Positions 17,717 through 26,908 of a DNA stretch of 64,000 bases are shown one piece after another. The position numbers and the translations under genes are program-made. How positions within the stretch are numbered: position 1 is the stretch's first letter; each line of letters begins with the position of its first letter. The notes under the pieces are model-generated. The model was not told the DNA's origin. It ran no database searches and was given only the letters and a program-made list of their open reading frames with translations. Source of the DNA: a virus; the IMG/VR virus record IMGVR_UViG_3300006175_000004, positions 1 to 64,000 of that record; one strand, given 5' to 3'.

Positions 17717-18957
17717 AACCACAAGCAATCGACCCGCGCATGATCAAAGCGCGGACATCGCTGATTCACCGCCACCCATTTTGGGGAAGCTTGGCGTTGC
17801 ATCTGCAAATCGTGGAAGACCCATCGGTGGAGACAATGGCTGTCGATGGGAAGCATTTGTTCTACGCCCCGAAGTTTCTGGACACATTGACGCAGGCGCA
17901 AATCGAAGCGGTGATCGCGCACGAAGTTTGCCACTGCGCTTACAAGCACCATGTCCGCAGGGGCAGCCGCGATTTTGAATTGTGGAACGAAGCTTGCGAC
18001 CACCCGATCAATTTGGACTTACAACGAGCGGGCTTTGATTTGCCGAAGCCCAATCTGTGCGATCCTCAATATGATCGGATGTCGGCTGAAGAAGTCTTCG
18101 CCATCATTGCCAAGAAGCAGGCCGAGCAACAGAAGCAGCAGGGCCAAGGCCAAGGGCAAGGGCAGGGCGCGGCAGGAAGCCCGCAGCCGGGCGGGCAACA
18201 GCCGGGGCAATCCAAGCCCGGCCAAGGGCAAGGACAGCCCGGAAAGGGCACGATTCGCGGCCCTGCGGGCATGGGAAAGGTGCTTGACGCGGCCCCTGAG
18301 CATGATCAGGCGGCAACGGCCAAGGAAGAAGCCGAGTGGGACGTTCTGGTTCGCCAAGCCCTGTCGGTGGAAGCGGGTCGCAATGCCGGAAAGCTGCCCG
18401 GCAATTTGGCCCGCATGGCTGAAGCGGTGAAGCAACGGCCCGTCGATTGGCGGGAAGTATTGCACCGCTTCGTCGATAGCCGAGCATCGTGGGACTATTC
18501 TTGGTCCCATCCCAACAAGCGCATGTTGGGTGGCGGGATCATTTTCCCCGGCACCGAGCCTGATGGGATCGGCAAGCTTGCGGTGGTCCGCGATACTTCA
18601 GGATCGATTGACCGTCGATTGGCGGGCCGCTTCAATAACGAACTGCAAGCCATCCTAGACGATGGATCGGTATCTGAAGTGGTGATGATCGATTGCGACG
18701 CTTCCGTTCGCGATGTTCGTCATTTTCAGATGGGCGATCAGATCAGCATGGAAGTCAAAGGCGGCGGTGGCACCCGCTTCTCACCCGCCTTGGAATGGTT
18801 GGCACAAAAGGAAACCGACATTGTTGCGATCATCTATCTGACCGATCTGGATTGTCGCGACTTCGGACCTGAACCGAATGTGCCGACCCTGTGGGCTGCC
18901 TATGGTCCGAAGGCCCGCAACAGTGTGCCCTTCGGGGAAAAGATCATTCTAATATGA
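17713..18957 (+). CDS. Putative metallopeptidase + vWA domain protein (DUF2201-like)
   Basis: HEVCH (HExxH), WNEACD, Q/G-rich linker, MIDAS DTSGS, GGGGTRF, YLTD. Confidence 0.88.
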   Translation: MKPQAIDPRMIKARTSLIHRHPFWGSLALHLQIVEDPSVETMAVDGKHLFYAPKFLDTLTQAQIEAVIAHEVCHCAYKHHVRRGSRDFELWNEACDHPINLDLQRAGFDLPKPNLCDPQYDRMSAEEVFAIIAKKQAEQQKQQGQGQGQGQGAAGSPQPGGQQPGQSKPGQGQGQPGKGTIRGPAGMGKVLDAAPEHDQAATAKEEAEWDVLVRQALSVEAGRNAGKLPGNLARMAEAVKQRPVDWREVLHRFVDSRASWDYSWSHPNKRMLGGGIIFPGTEPDGIGKLAVVRDTSGSIDRRLAGRFNNELQAILDDGSVSEVVMIDCDASVRDVRHFQMGDQISMEVKGGGGTRFSPALEWLAQKETDIVAIIYLTDLDCRDFGPEPNVPTLWAAYGPKARNSVPFGEKIILI

Positions 18958-18971
18958 AAGGAAGGTAACCA

Positions 18972-19175
18972 ATGACTATTTTTGAAGCCCACAAAAAGTG
19001 GCGGGATGCTTACGCTGCTTGGGTGGACGAAGCCCACGTTGTGCTTGGTCCAAGTGCCCCGGTGAAAGCAATGCAAGGTGAGCCGGGCACCGAATTGCGT
19101 CGTTTGTATGATGAGGTTGAGGCGGCAGCCAATGCGTATGACGCTGTCGCTCGTAGCATTCCTTTGTCTGACTGA
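18972..19175 (+). CDS. Small hypothetical protein
   Basis: GAAGG SD, 67 aa. Confidence 0.55.
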   Translation: MTIFEAHKKWRDAYAAWVDEAHVVLGPSAPVKAMQGEPGTELRRLYDEVEAAANAYDAVARSIPLSD

Positions 19176-19211
19176 AGTTTGGAAACATCGAAACCAAAAA
19201 GAAGGCACCCA

Positions 19212-19565
19212 ATGCGTAAAGTTCACGTGACGTTTGAATGCTTGGAGAATGTGCTCGGGCCAATGCTGCTCGATATCACCGAGCGACCAAATACCCGGAT
19301 CATCCAAATGAAGGCGATCAGCGAACGACCGCCGACAGAAAACAAGCCCGCCAAAAACAAAACCGGTCTTTCCACAAGGGAAGTGATCGAAGACCTCGCC
19401 ATGAAGAAGAAGGGAAAGGGCTTCACCATATCGGAAGCGAAAGCGGCCTTGGAAAATCATGGCTTCTCCAAGTCCACCGTCTACCCGCTGATCACAGACA
19501 TGAAGAAGGCGGGAATAATCGGTGACGGTATCGACAACAACTACATTTCACTGATGGGGAAATAA
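19212..19565 (+). CDS. Putative winged-helix DNA-binding protein
   Basis: C-terminal FTISEAKAAL...SKSTVYPLITDMKKAGII pattern. Confidence 0.55.
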   Translation: MRKVHVTFECLENVLGPMLLDITERPNTRIIQMKAISERPPTENKPAKNKTGLSTREVIEDLAMKKKGKGFTISEAKAALENHGFSKSTVYPLITDMKKAGIIGDGIDNNYISLMGK

Positions 19566-19808
19566 ATGACACGGAAGATCAACGGCTTTCCGATCTACCG
19601 GACCTATTCCTTCACGGGGCAGGACCCGGCTGTGCGCGAAACGCTGAACTGCGTCAAGGACAAAAAGGATTCATCCAAGAAGTCCGGGGTCGCCCGCAGC
19701 ACCTACCGCAATTGGGATACCCGCAAAACCCGCCGCCCGCAATTCGCAACCCTTCAGGCCACCGCCATCGCCAACGGCAAGCGGTGGAAGCTTGGCGATG
19801 ATGATTGA
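19566..19808 (+). CDS. HTH (XRE/Cro-like) protein
   Basis: SGVARSTYRNW....RPQFATLQA. Confidence 0.6.
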   Translation: MTRKINGFPIYRTYSFTGQDPAVRETLNCVKDKKDSSKKSGVARSTYRNWDTRKTRRPQFATLQATAIANGKRWKLGDDD

Positions 19809-19821
19809 AAGGATCACGAAC

Positions 19822-20079
19822 ATGGAAACGGAAACCAAAAAAGTGACGATGGAGTTCGGTCGGCACGATCTTGAAACCATCAAGCGGGCTCTGTCGATTG
19901 CCAGCACCAAGATCAGCGCCGACGTCCGGCGCAAGCAGAAGGCCGCGCAAGAATCCAGGCGCAATCTGCGGCCCGGTGCTATCGCATCGTTGGCGATGGA
20001 AGGCGGTGACTACATAGGGCTGTTTAAGCTGATCGACGCGGTGCTCACCGCCGCATCGAAAAAGGAAGGGGGTGTGTGA
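19822..20079 (+). CDS. Hypothetical protein
   Basis: AAAGGA SD, start METETKK. Confidence 0.55.
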   Translation: METETKKVTMEFGRHDLETIKRALSIASTKISADVRRKQKAAQESRRNLRPGAIASLAMEGGDYIGLFKLIDAVLTAASKKEGGV

Positions 20080-20396
20080 TGGAACGCAGGCACCCCCGCT
20101 GTTCCCCTGACCATTGGCGCGAATTGCTGGTGGCCATGAATCGGTCCGACGACGAAGTGACTGTCAGCGCGGAAGCCTTCAAGGACGTGGCCAATTGCCA
20201 CGTCCAGAAGGGCGGAAGCATCAGCCGTGACATGGTCCTTCAGGCCGGGCGATCCCGAACTGTGCTGCGCCGGAATCAGCTTTGGACTCTGGTTCAGGAG
20301 CACGGGAAGGTTTGTGAAATGAAGGGCGGGTCTGACAAGCCCGCCGACTTCCATACCACCAACGAGCTAATCCGGGCGGGGATCATTAGGCCATGA
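20076..20396 (+). CDS. Hypothetical protein
   Basis: Coupled ORF, 106 aa. Confidence 0.5.
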   Translation: MMERRHPRCSPDHWRELLVAMNRSDDEVTVSAEAFKDVANCHVQKGGSISRDMVLQAGRSRTVLRRNQLWTLVQEHGKVCEMKGGSDKPADFHTTNELIRAGIIRP

Positions 20397-21265
20397 TGCA
20401 CGCCCACCGAGTGATCGAAGCCATGCGGAAGCGAACGCCCGGCACGCATCCGCCGTTGCGGGAATATCTGTCGGAAGAAAAGATCGACACATTTGCCGAT
20501 CTGATCGAAGCAGCCGAGAAGTTTGACTTCGGCCCTTTGGTTCTGGAAAGAAAGGACGACACAATCCTGCCGGGCGGGTATGGCTACTCCCTGCCTGATT
20601 TCACAGACACCGAATGGGAATTGTGGGGCTTGGGCCTGATCCCGCTTCCTGCCAATCCAAGCTGGTATGAATATCAGCTTGGTACTTCCCGATCCGGGCT
20701 GCTTGTTTATACCCATGAAGAAAGGTGGTGCGTCGTTCGGGCTGAATTGGCCCCATCGATGTATTGGGATGCGGTCATGGTTTCCATTCCCCGGAAATCA
20801 GCAGCCCACCAAACTTATACACAATGCGAAATGCACTCCGACTGGATGGCCCCGCAGCAGCTTACTGAAGAACAGAAGCGAACCTTGTGGGGCGATCAAG
20901 CCCACATATCGATCTATCTGACGCTGATGCTTGGATCGAAGACCACAGAAAAGAAGAATGTGCCTGCCCCGGCCTTCATCAATAAGGCACGAGCCAAGAA
21001 GGGGAAGCCCTTGCTGCCGGAGCATACCGTGGTGCGCATTGTGCCCCATCAATACATCACGGAAAGCCAGCGCGAAGCAGGCCGCACCCATGCAAGCCCA
21101 CGCTTGCATTGGCGTCGGTCCCATTTGCGGGTCTATGATCGGGCCACCCCGGCTTCTACATTCGTGGAAGGGAAGGGATGGTGCGTTGCTATTCCCCGTT
21201 GCTTGGTCGGCGTTGCTGACCAAGGCGAAGTCCACCACGAGTATTTTGTGAGGAATGAGACATGA
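20393..21265 (+). CDS. Conserved phage protein with C-terminal SPRLHWRRSH motif
   Basis: INKARAKKGK...SPRLHWRRSHLR motif family common in phage early regions; function unknown. Confidence 0.65.
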   Translation: MMHAHRVIEAMRKRTPGTHPPLREYLSEEKIDTFADLIEAAEKFDFGPLVLERKDDTILPGGYGYSLPDFTDTEWELWGLGLIPLPANPSWYEYQLGTSRSGLLVYTHEERWCVVRAELAPSMYWDAVMVSIPRKSAAHQTYTQCEMHSDWMAPQQLTEEQKRTLWGDQAHISIYLTLMLGSKTTEKKNVPAPAFINKARAKKGKPLLPEHTVVRIVPHQYITESQREAGRTHASPRLHWRRSHLRVYDRATPASTFVEGKGWCVAIPRCLVGVADQGEVHHEYFVRNET

Positions 21266-21741
21266 CCAAACCCAAGAGCATGGAGAAGTGGCAACCGCTG
21301 CGTGAGTCAGCGGTTGTCGGACCACCACCTGAAGATTTGATCAAGGCGACAATGGACCAATTGAAGATCGACAGAGACGAAGCAATCAAGACCCTCAACG
21401 ATGACGAAAAGAATGTGCGATATTTCGTCAATGATCTGTATCAGGTGCAGCTCCGCGTTGCGGATTACCCGTTGCTGCAACTGAACATTCGCCGCAGGGA
21501 CGGAAAGCCCATCTTCCGTGATTGGCGGCACTTCCAGCAGATCAAGAATGAAATTGTCGGCCCGGATTGCGAAGCGGTCGAGCTCTATCCTGCAGAAGAG
21601 CGCTTGGTCGATCAGGGGAACAAATATCACCTGTGGGCGGTGGCTGATCCGAAGTTCCGCTTCCCCTTCGGGTGGAAAACACGAACAGTGGATTACAGTT
21701 CGTATGACTCATCTATAAGCGGACTTCGGCAAAGGGCCTGA
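21262..21741 (+). CDS. Conserved phage hypothetical protein
   Basis: DWRHFQQIKNEIVG...AVELYPAEERLVD...YHLW motif. Confidence 0.7.
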   Translation: MTKPKSMEKWQPLRESAVVGPPPEDLIKATMDQLKIDRDEAIKTLNDDEKNVRYFVNDLYQVQLRVADYPLLQLNIRRRDGKPIFRDWRHFQQIKNEIVGPDCEAVELYPAEERLVDQGNKYHLWAVADPKFRFPFGWKTRTVDYSSYDSSISGLRQRA

Positions 21742-21744
21742 CCA

Positions 21745-22395
21745 ATGGCAATCAATTACGACGAAGCCACCATGAAGAAGTTGCATGATGAAATGTTGAA
21801 GCAGCCTGTATCTGAGTCACTTGTAAAAGACATTATCAGCACTGATGTCAATTTTCTGAAGCTTCAAGATCAGATGCAGGAAGAAATAGCGAAGGCGGTG
21901 GGTATTCCCACCGGTATACTGATGGGGGTTGACCCGGCTTCTTCTTCCCCTTCACCGGGAACGATCTACGTCGATCTTGCGGGTGGGCAATTTACAAGAC
22001 GGTTCCATCGCCTGAACGCTGACCTTGATTGGGTACAGGTTGCGTTCGACAAATGGCGTGGTCGATCACCCCGGCCACCCAACAAGCGGAAGCCTACCCT
22101 GCGGCAACTGGAATTTGTCTACGAGCGCTGCATCCATTCGGACGAATTGGAAAGGCATGGGTTGATTCCGCTGGGTGAACTTCCGTCAGTTTGCTGGTCC
22201 AATCGGACAAAGCCTTTCCGGTGTAACGGATTCTATTTCGTCCCTTCACGATGGGTCATGTCGGTCCTTCGCAGCCGATATCCCAACCCGCTGCTTTCCG
22301 ATCTGGAAATATGTGCAGCGGCGGTCTTCCCTGAAACGCTACCAAAGGACCTCGGCCCTGTGGACTTTCAAGCTCTCAACGAGGGGCACGGCTGA
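21745..22395 (+). CDS. Hypothetical protein
   Basis: 216-aa ORF in operon. Confidence 0.55.
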   Translation: MAINYDEATMKKLHDEMLKQPVSESLVKDIISTDVNFLKLQDQMQEEIAKAVGIPTGILMGVDPASSSPSPGTIYVDLAGGQFTRRFHRLNADLDWVQVAFDKWRGRSPRPPNKRKPTLRQLEFVYERCIHSDELERHGLIPLGELPSVCWSNRTKPFRCNGFYFVPSRWVMSVLRSRYPNPLLSDLEICAAAVFPETLPKDLGPVDFQALNEGHG

Positions 22396-22592
22396 TGGGC
22401 TACGAACCCGCCTACTTGATATATCGGTGCCCGAATTGCGGGGCCGACGTTGGCGTGCGTTGCACTGGTAAAAGGGTTTGCCAAGACCGACTGGTGCGAG
22501 CTGCTTCATTGGGCGAAGGCAACGGACAGCCCAAGTGTCTGGATTCAGAAGGAAAGCGCACTGCTGTTGGCGGTCGTCCAAGGAACTACTGA
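22395..22592 (+). CDS. Small zinc-finger protein
   Basis: CPNCGA....C....C; TGATG coupling. Confidence 0.55.
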   Translation: MGYEPAYLIYRCPNCGADVGVRCTGKRVCQDRLVRAASLGEGNGQPKCLDSEGKRTAVGGRPRNY

Positions 22593-22593
22593 C

Positions 22594-23610
22594 ATGGCAT
22601 TTGATTGGCCACGCTTTCTTGACGCCAACCGGATCGAATACATCGACCGGGGTCCATCCACAGCGAAGGGCAATGTCTACGTGCATTGCCCTTTCTGTGG
22701 TGAAGCTGACCAAGGGAATCACATGGGCGTGTCCCTGCTTGGCAAGGGCTGGGGCTGCTGGCGTCAGGACAGCCACCGGGGCATTGCTCCGCACCGATTG
22801 ATCCAGGCCCTGATTGGCTGCTCATGGGCTGAAGCGGAAAGGATCGCCGGAAGCCGGAAGCAAGTGACCACAGGCGATGGCGATTTGCTGAATCAGGTGT
22901 CCGCCTTGGTCGGCATTCCCGCAGCAGCCGGGCAATTCGAACCGGCACTGGAACAGCCGGGCAGTCGCATCACCAGCAAATGCCGACCGCTGTGGGAATA
23001 TCTCCACAAGCTCCGGGGCTTCCTTGAATACACCGACGAAGTGATCGGGCGATTCAAGCTGACCGGGTCATTGGATGGCCCTTGGCGCTACCGGGTGATC
23101 TTCCCTGTGCAGGATTGGGACCGTTCCCTGATTTCATGGACGGGCCGGTCGGTGGTGACCGGGGCCGAGCCCCGCTACCGTTCCCTGACCGTTGAAGCCG
23201 AGAAGGCCATAGCGGGTCAGGTCGCCCGGCAGCCGATATCTGACTGTCTGTTGCGCCTTCCTGAATTGGCGAAGGGCGGAAGGCTGCTTGTGATTGCTGA
23301 AGGCCCCTTGGATGCCGCCAAGCTGTCCCTGCATGAAAGGGAAAACGAAGCGGTGGCCACCTGTCTGTTCGGAAAGCGAATCAGCACCGGGCAGCTCGAT
23401 TTGCTGGCTCAGCTTCGCAGCCGCTTCGACCACATTGCCTTGCTGCTCGACCCGGACGCGTCGATGGACGCCATTGCGTTGGAATCCGGAGCGAGCTTCT
23501 TGGGGATATCTTCAGTCAGAATGAGGGGCCATGACGCGGGCGAAATGAAAAGCCCGCAAATCCGGGGCCTCTATTCCCGCATCAATCGACGAATGGAATC
23601 TTCCCCTTAA
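22594..23610 (+). CDS. DNA primase (DnaG-type)
   Basis: HCPFC zinc-binding domain, RVIFPV, WTGR, TOPRIM AEGPLDA and LDPDA. Confidence 0.88.
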   Translation: MAFDWPRFLDANRIEYIDRGPSTAKGNVYVHCPFCGEADQGNHMGVSLLGKGWGCWRQDSHRGIAPHRLIQALIGCSWAEAERIAGSRKQVTTGDGDLLNQVSALVGIPAAAGQFEPALEQPGSRITSKCRPLWEYLHKLRGFLEYTDEVIGRFKLTGSLDGPWRYRVIFPVQDWDRSLISWTGRSVVTGAEPRYRSLTVEAEKAIAGQVARQPISDCLLRLPELAKGGRLLVIAEGPLDAAKLSLHERENEAVATCLFGKRISTGQLDLLAQLRSRFDHIALLLDPDASMDAIALESGASFLGISSVRMRGHDAGEMKSPQIRGLYSRINRRMESSP

Positions 23611-23779
23611 TCTGTGCTTGCTTCAGCCCGCCCACGGGGCTTTGCTTCCCATCCATTTCCAAGTCCGTTGGAAGCCGACGCACGCGAGATCCTTGCGCTG
23701 CGGCAGGCGATGTTTCCACCTATCGTCGGGGTAGGTACGGACGACCCGACACCTTTTTTCTTGTGGGGGTTTCAATCGA

Positions 23780-24337
23780 ATGCAACGACGTCGCCCGCGC
23801 GAATACTTCGACCGTGGTCTTCAGCTATGGATCATCAAGACCGCCCACGCCCACCATTGGCGGGTGGCTTCTTGGGTCGGCCCGGACGATCTAATTCAGG
23901 AAGGGTTCGTCATTGCCGCGCTGTGCCGCCACCGATATTCCGCAACGGTGCGTTCGAATTCCCACTTCATGTCGCTGGTAAAAGTTTGCTTTCTGAATCG
24001 GCTGCACGATTTGGCAAAGCAGCGATCCCGCAATCCCGAGCAAATACCCATTTCTCAAATTGTGGAATTCCGGGGCAGGGAAGAAGCGGCGCTGGAATTG
24101 CTGGGTGGTGTGGAGAACGGCGATCAGGAGTTGGTCGCCGCTTTGCGTTCTGCCCCGGCTGAAATCCAAGCCCTGCTCGTTTTGCTGAATGATCCTGTGC
24201 TGCGCAGGAAGGCCCGCCATCCCCGTCGCCGTCCGAATGGCTGCCGGGAAACCCACAGCGAGCAATTCAATCGTCTGCTCAAGCTTCCCATTGACACCGA
24301 CCTGCCCGGAAAGCTCCGGGAACTACTGGTCACCTGA
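23780..24337 (+). CDS. RNA polymerase sigma factor-like protein
   Basis: Region-2-like DDLIQEGFV...RY...FMSLVKVCFLNRLHDL. Confidence 0.65.
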   Translation: MQRRRPREYFDRGLQLWIIKTAHAHHWRVASWVGPDDLIQEGFVIAALCRHRYSATVRSNSHFMSLVKVCFLNRLHDLAKQRSRNPEQIPISQIVEFRGREEAALELLGGVENGDQELVAALRSAPAEIQALLVLLNDPVLRRKARHPRRRPNGCRETHSEQFNRLLKLPIDTDLPGKLRELLVT

Positions 24338-24437
24338 CAGTTCTGTCGATACAGCTATACCTTGCAACGCCAGCACCGGTGCTTTAGTAGCCGGTAGATT
24401 TGGCACGACCAAATCCTTGCAACCAATGGAGCACCCA

Positions 24438-25037
24438 ATGACCAAAGCATCTGACATCGAAAAAGAATTGACCACCACGCTGAAGATCAAAGCGAAGGTC
24501 GGTGAGAAGCGGCAAGTCTTCCTCAATCGCGTCTACGACGCGGTGCTGAAGTGCGACAAGGATACTTGGGACAATCTGTCCGAAGCGGCGCAGAAATGGC
24601 AAGGCAAGGCGACCGACTGCCGCGACGACGATGAGCCGATGATTGACTTCGATGGATCGGCCCCGGAAGCCCCGGAAGCCAAGGGCAAGGAAGCCGATGG
24701 GGCCAAGGGGAAGGGCAAAGCCCCGGCCAAGGGGAAGCGGGCCGCAGAGAAGGCGGATTCGACGCCTGCAAAGGGCAAAACCAAGGCCGCTGCCAAGGGC
24801 GACGGGGAAGGCCGGGCGGTCGGCCAAAAGGGCATCAGCGCCGGGTGGGTGAAGGTCCTGCGCGATCTCGGCAAGAAGGGCGACGAGGGCCTTTCTCTGG
24901 AACAGATGGAAAGCTTGGGCGAAAAGCACGGGGTCGGCGGTCGGTACTTCGCCCGCTTCATTCGGGCCGGATATATCGCCCGGATCGAGCGCGGCCAATT
25001 CAAGCTGACGCGGGCCGGTGAAAAAGCAATCGACTAA
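24438..25037 (+). CDS. Putative DNA-binding protein (Lys/Ala-rich linker, C-terminal winged helix)
   Basis: GGAG SD; KGKGKAPAKGK linker; GYIARIERGQFKLTRAGEKA C-terminus. Confidence 0.6.
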   Translation: MTKASDIEKELTTTLKIKAKVGEKRQVFLNRVYDAVLKCDKDTWDNLSEAAQKWQGKATDCRDDDEPMIDFDGSAPEAPEAKGKEADGAKGKGKAPAKGKRAAEKADSTPAKGKTKAAAKGDGEGRAVGQKGISAGWVKVLRDLGKKGDEGLSLEQMESLGEKHGVGGRYFARFIRAGYIARIERGQFKLTRAGEKAID

Positions 25038-25050
25038 GCCATTCAGAACC

Positions 25051-25096
25051 GAAGACAAGGAAAAGGGCGACCTCGCGGTCGCCCTTTTTTGTCTTC
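25051..25096. terminator. Bidirectional intrinsic terminator
   Basis: AAAAGGGCGACC-TCGC-GGTCGCCCTTTTTT hairpin between convergent operons. Confidence 0.9.
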
Positions 25097-25104
25097 TCAA
25101 TCAA

Positions 25105-25300
25105 GTGGGAAATGGCTCAGTGGCCAAGCTTGTCTAACGCATTTGGTTGCTCCGAATTGTTCCTATGTTCCACGAATCAACATGGCATCCGGAGCTTGCC
25201 GCAAAGGCGGGCCGTTCGCAATCCCAGCAAGCTGACCCATCAGGGGCACCCGGTCCATCCTGATCAGCTTCGGAAAAAGCGAACGGCCCCCTTCGCCCAC
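25105..25300 (-). ncRNA. Candidate structured RNA 3 at 3' end of late operon
   Basis: 11-bp and 7-bp stacked helices plus further hairpins, closed by GTGGG/CCCAC. Confidence 0.45.
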
Positions 25301-25302
25301 CG

Positions 25303-25464
25303 CTAGTGGGCGACCAAAGTCACGAACCACAGGATCGCAGCGACCGTCCACAGAACCCACGCGACCTTGTTTCCCCATGCCGGGGTCTGTGCGCAAACGA
25401 ACATCGCCATGAACCCGACGCCTATGACGAACAGCAATGCGGCGATTGTCAAAATACTGAACAT
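25303..25464 (-). CDS. 53-aa two-TM membrane protein (holin/antiholin-like; not in ORF track)
   Basis: MFSILTIAALLFVIGVGFMAMFVCAQTPAWGNKVAWVLWTVAAILWFVTLVAH; GGGAG SD. Confidence 0.65.
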   Translation of the reverse strand: MFSILTIAALLFVIGVGFMAMFVCAQTPAWGNKVAWVLWTVAAILWFVTLVAH

Positions 25465-25476
25465 GTGCTTCTCCCT

Positions 25477-25917
25477 TCAGTGATGCAGCAGCCAGTTGGC
25501 CACTGCAATTGTCAGCCCCACCATCAATGCGGACAGAGCGGCAAGGATCGCTGCGACGACCTTCCACGCACCCTTCGCGTTATTGATTTCAGCCTGAACG
25601 ACATCAACCTTCTGTTCCAGATTGGTGATCTTTTCATTCAGAGCGACAAATGAATTGCGGCGCTGCTCATCCTGCTTATCTAGTCCGCTGGTGATCTGCT
25701 GCCGCAAAGTGGTGCTGGTCTCCCCGATGATATTGAAGGCTTCCTTGTCCGCGATCTGATGCCCGGCCAAGGATGTCTTCAAGGTTGCCACATCAACTAG
25801 TACCTGACGGGTCAAATCTTCGATCCGCCCAAACGCACGTTCAAGGTCCACGTCGCTCCATTCCCCCTGTCCCTTTGCGGTCCCGTTCCCTGAACCGCTG
25901 TATGTTTCTGGTGACAT
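25477..25917 (-). CDS. Coiled-coil protein with C-terminal TM helix (lysis cassette)
   Basis: TAATG-coupled start MSPETYSG; C-terminal hydrophobic helix. Confidence 0.6.
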   Translation of the reverse strand: MSPETYSGSGNGTAKGQGEWSDVDLERAFGRIEDLTRQVLVDVATLKTSLAGHQIADKEAFNIIGETSTTLRQQITSGLDKQDEQRRNSFVALNEKITNLEQKVDVVQAEINNAKGAWKVVAAILAALSALMVGLTIAVANWLLHH

Positions 25918-26237
25918 TAGTTCCCTTTCGGTGGCCACGAATGAACCAAGTCGCGAATCGTCGTCAACTTGGATCGGCAATCCGCTCCAGCATCGACCGT
26001 CTGGTTCACCCATAAATCAGCCATCACTTCAGTTGAAAGCATCGCCGGTACCGCCGGTTCGGGTAGGCAATTCAAATCGGCTTCTGGAATATCGGGGTAA
26101 ATATTTTTGATCTGGACTTCCGGCACCCTAATGATTTGTGCCGGTGGTGCTTCCGGTGCTGGTTTGGCGGTCGCGCAACCCGCTAAAGAAACGCATAGAA
26201 GCAGGGCCAAGCGGGCGATCTTCCGAAGACAAAGCAT
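25917..26237 (-). CDS. o-spanin (Rz1-like lipoprotein)
   Basis: Signal peptide with LAGC lipobox, Pro-rich, DCRSKL; overlaps i-spanin 3' end. Confidence 0.8.
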   Translation of the reverse strand: MLCLRKIARLALLLCVSLAGCATAKPAPEAPPAQIIRVPEVQIKNIYPDIPEADLNCLPEPAVPAMLSTEVMADLWVNQTVDAGADCRSKLTTIRDLVHSWPPKGN

Positions 26238-26625
26238 GATTCAGTTCCGCTGTAAGTTGTGCTGATGTTTTTGCGTGGGCGATCTGCTCGGCTGACAATT
26301 TCGATTGCAGGCCCGCGATGGTGTCCGAATCCTTCCGGGCCTGATCGGCAGCAATAACGTTCGCATCAGCCCGGTCCTTTTCAATCTGCTGCATGGCTGC
26401 GTTAATCTGAGCCGTCAGCGCATTATAACGCGCGACCTGCTTGGAAGTGGCAGCCTGTTCCTTCGCCACATCGGCCTTCAGGCCCGCAATGGTGGGTGCA
26501 TCAATGAAGCCCCGTCCGATCACGCCTGATGCTGCCCCGGCTGCGTAAATGGCCCCGGCCACGATTGCGTAGCCGATCCATCCCCCGCCTGCTGTTGTGA
26601 ACCATTTCAGAAATACCGCCCACAT
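26128..26625 (-). CDS. i-spanin (Rz-like)
   Basis: N-terminal TM followed by Ala/Gln coiled coil, downstream of endolysin. Confidence 0.75.
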   Translation of the reverse strand: MWAVFLKWFTTAGGGWIGYAIVAGAIYAAGAASGVIGRGFIDAPTIAGLKADVAKEQAATSKQVARYNALTAQINAAMQQIEKDRADANVIAADQARKDSDTIAGLQSKLSAEQIAHAKTSAQLTAELNHALSSEDRPLGPASMRFFSGLRDRQTSTGSTTGTNH

Positions 26626-26626
26626 C

Positions 26627-26908
26627 TCATTTGCTCTCGGTTCTTCGTTTCACTTCGTGCATTCCCTTGGTGATCGTATGAAAGCCAATCGCCCCGACCA
26701 ACGCTTCCCAATTGGTGTGCGCGATGTCGCCTGATACCGCTTGGATCGATGCAGCAAAACCGGTCGCTGCAGCGCAAATGGTTGAGCACATGACGCCAAC
26801 CTTCGACCAGCTCATTTTGGTGGGCGTAGAGTCTTCCAACAGATCGATGAAATAGAGCGCCCTGATCCGCAGGGATGATCCGGCAGGCGGGGCGACTACA
26901 TCAGCCAT
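26627..26908 (-). CDS. Putative holin
   Basis: 93 aa, hydrophobic segments, basic C-terminus, adjacent to endolysin. Confidence 0.5.
   Translation of the reverse strand: MADVVAPPAGSSLRIRALYFIDLLEDSTPTKMSWSKVGVMCSTICAAATGFAASIQAVSGDIAHTNWEALVGAIGFHTITKGMHEVKRRTESK

Noticed and set aside
24335-24347. TGACAGTTCTG shared with 62949-62959, near-palindromic, possible operator
   Set aside because: Only two copies of an 11-mer; chance matches of this length are expected in 64 kb
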